Assembly (NCBI GenBank): GCA_963783105.1
Contig: CAWAMI010000003.1
Span: 97,812-121,811 of the forward strand
Direction of reading: 5' to 3'
Origin: an uncultured Actinomycetota bacterium
GTDB taxonomy: Bacteria; Actinomycetota; Actinomycetes; Frankiales; Frankiaceae
Length of the DNA: 24,000 bases
Position 1 is the stretch's first letter; every line of letters begins with the position of its first letter. The notes beneath the pieces are model-generated. The model was not told the DNA's origin and did no database searches. It worked only from the letters and a program-made list of their open reading frames with translations. This document shows positions 23,691 through 24,000 of the stretch, one piece after another. The position numbers and the translations under genes were made by a program.

Positions 23691-24000
23691 ATGCAGTCGA
23701 ACAGCGACGGGGGCGGCGGGCGGGACGACGGGGCGGCCGAGGTCGACGTCCTCGTCATCGGAGCGGGCCAGGCCGGTCTCGGGACTGCCTACTGGCTCCG
23801 CAGAAGGGCGCCGGAGCTGTCGGTGCTGCTCGTCGACCGGGCCGACCGCGTCGGGCAGAGCTGGATCGACCGGTGGGACAGCCTGCGGCTGTTCACCCCT
23901 CGGCGCTTCAGTGCCCTGCCGGGCGCCGCGTTCCCGGCCGGCGACGAAGCCTGTCCGGACCGACTGGAGATGGCCGACTACCTGCAGGGCTACGCCGGGC
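23691..24000 (+). CDS. FAD/NAD(P)-binding flavoprotein monooxygenase-like oxidoreductase, N-terminal fragment (runs off the window)
   Basis: ATG 23691 opens a frame that stays open to the window end. The dinucleotide-binding motif is DVLVIGAGQAGLGTAYWL, followed by VDRADRVGQSWIDRWDSLRLFTP as in FMO/CzcO-like enzymes. This ORF is not in the supplied track because it has no stop. Confidence 0.55.
   Translation, partial: MQSNSDGGGGRDDGAAEVDVLVIGAGQAGLGTAYWLRRRAPELSVLLVDRADRVGQSWIDRWDSLRLFTPRRFSALPGAAFPAGDEACPDRLEMADYLQGYAG

Noticed and set aside
1-24000. Search for mobile elements, CRISPR arrays, rRNA/tRNA genes, defence systems and retinal or carotenoid biosynthesis genes
   Set aside because: I found no transposase, integrase or Cas-like translations. 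There are no spaced identical repeats, no long terminal inverted repeats and no RNA-gene signatures. Composition is uniform apart from two short intergenic dips.

Overview
This is a high-GC, gene-dense chromosomal segment that looks like Actinomycetota: GC is well above 65% by eye, third codon positions are strongly G/C, and GTG starts are frequent. I support 21 protein-coding genes. I found no rRNA, tRNA, CRISPR array, transposase or integrase.

Gene order:
- GCS2/YbdK-type carboxylate-amine ligase (3' fragment).
- A divergent TetR/MFS (DHA2) efflux pair with a perfect 20-bp operator palindrome.
- A minus-strand run of two unknown membrane proteins, an MMPL transporter, an MBL-fold hydrolase and a small DUF5999-like Cys protein.
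- A lipoprotein.
- A radical-SAM sulfatase maturase followed by a Cys-type arylsulfatase.
- A CPA1 cation/proton antiporter.
- Two tandem beta-propeller lipoproteins (Kelch-type and YncE/YVTN-type).
- A heliorhodopsin.
- An LPLAT acyltransferase.
- A SulP/STAS anion transporter.
- A divergent MerR/prfC pair.
- A class I pyridine-nucleotide-disulfide oxidoreductase.
- The 5' end of a flavin monooxygenase-like gene.

The stand-out is the ~263-aa seven-helix protein at 16241-17032. By hand alignment it is a heliorhodopsin: the retinal Schiff-base Lys and the counterion Glu are both conserved. It belongs to the inverted-topology rhodopsin family whose physiological role is still unresolved. It sits alone between two secreted propeller lipoproteins and a convergent acyltransferase, with no retinal-biosynthesis genes in the window.

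Secondary items are the sulfatase/anSME pair (the maturase carries a SecA-like C-terminal zinc motif), an MMPL operon with non-MmpS accessory proteins, a MerR dyad in front of prfC, and several unexplained dyads and direct repeats in divergent promoter regions.

Many long ORFs in the supplied track are Arg/Pro/Gly-rich shadow frames typical of high-GC DNA, and I rejected them. All homology statements come from reading the translations and from memory, not from database searches.
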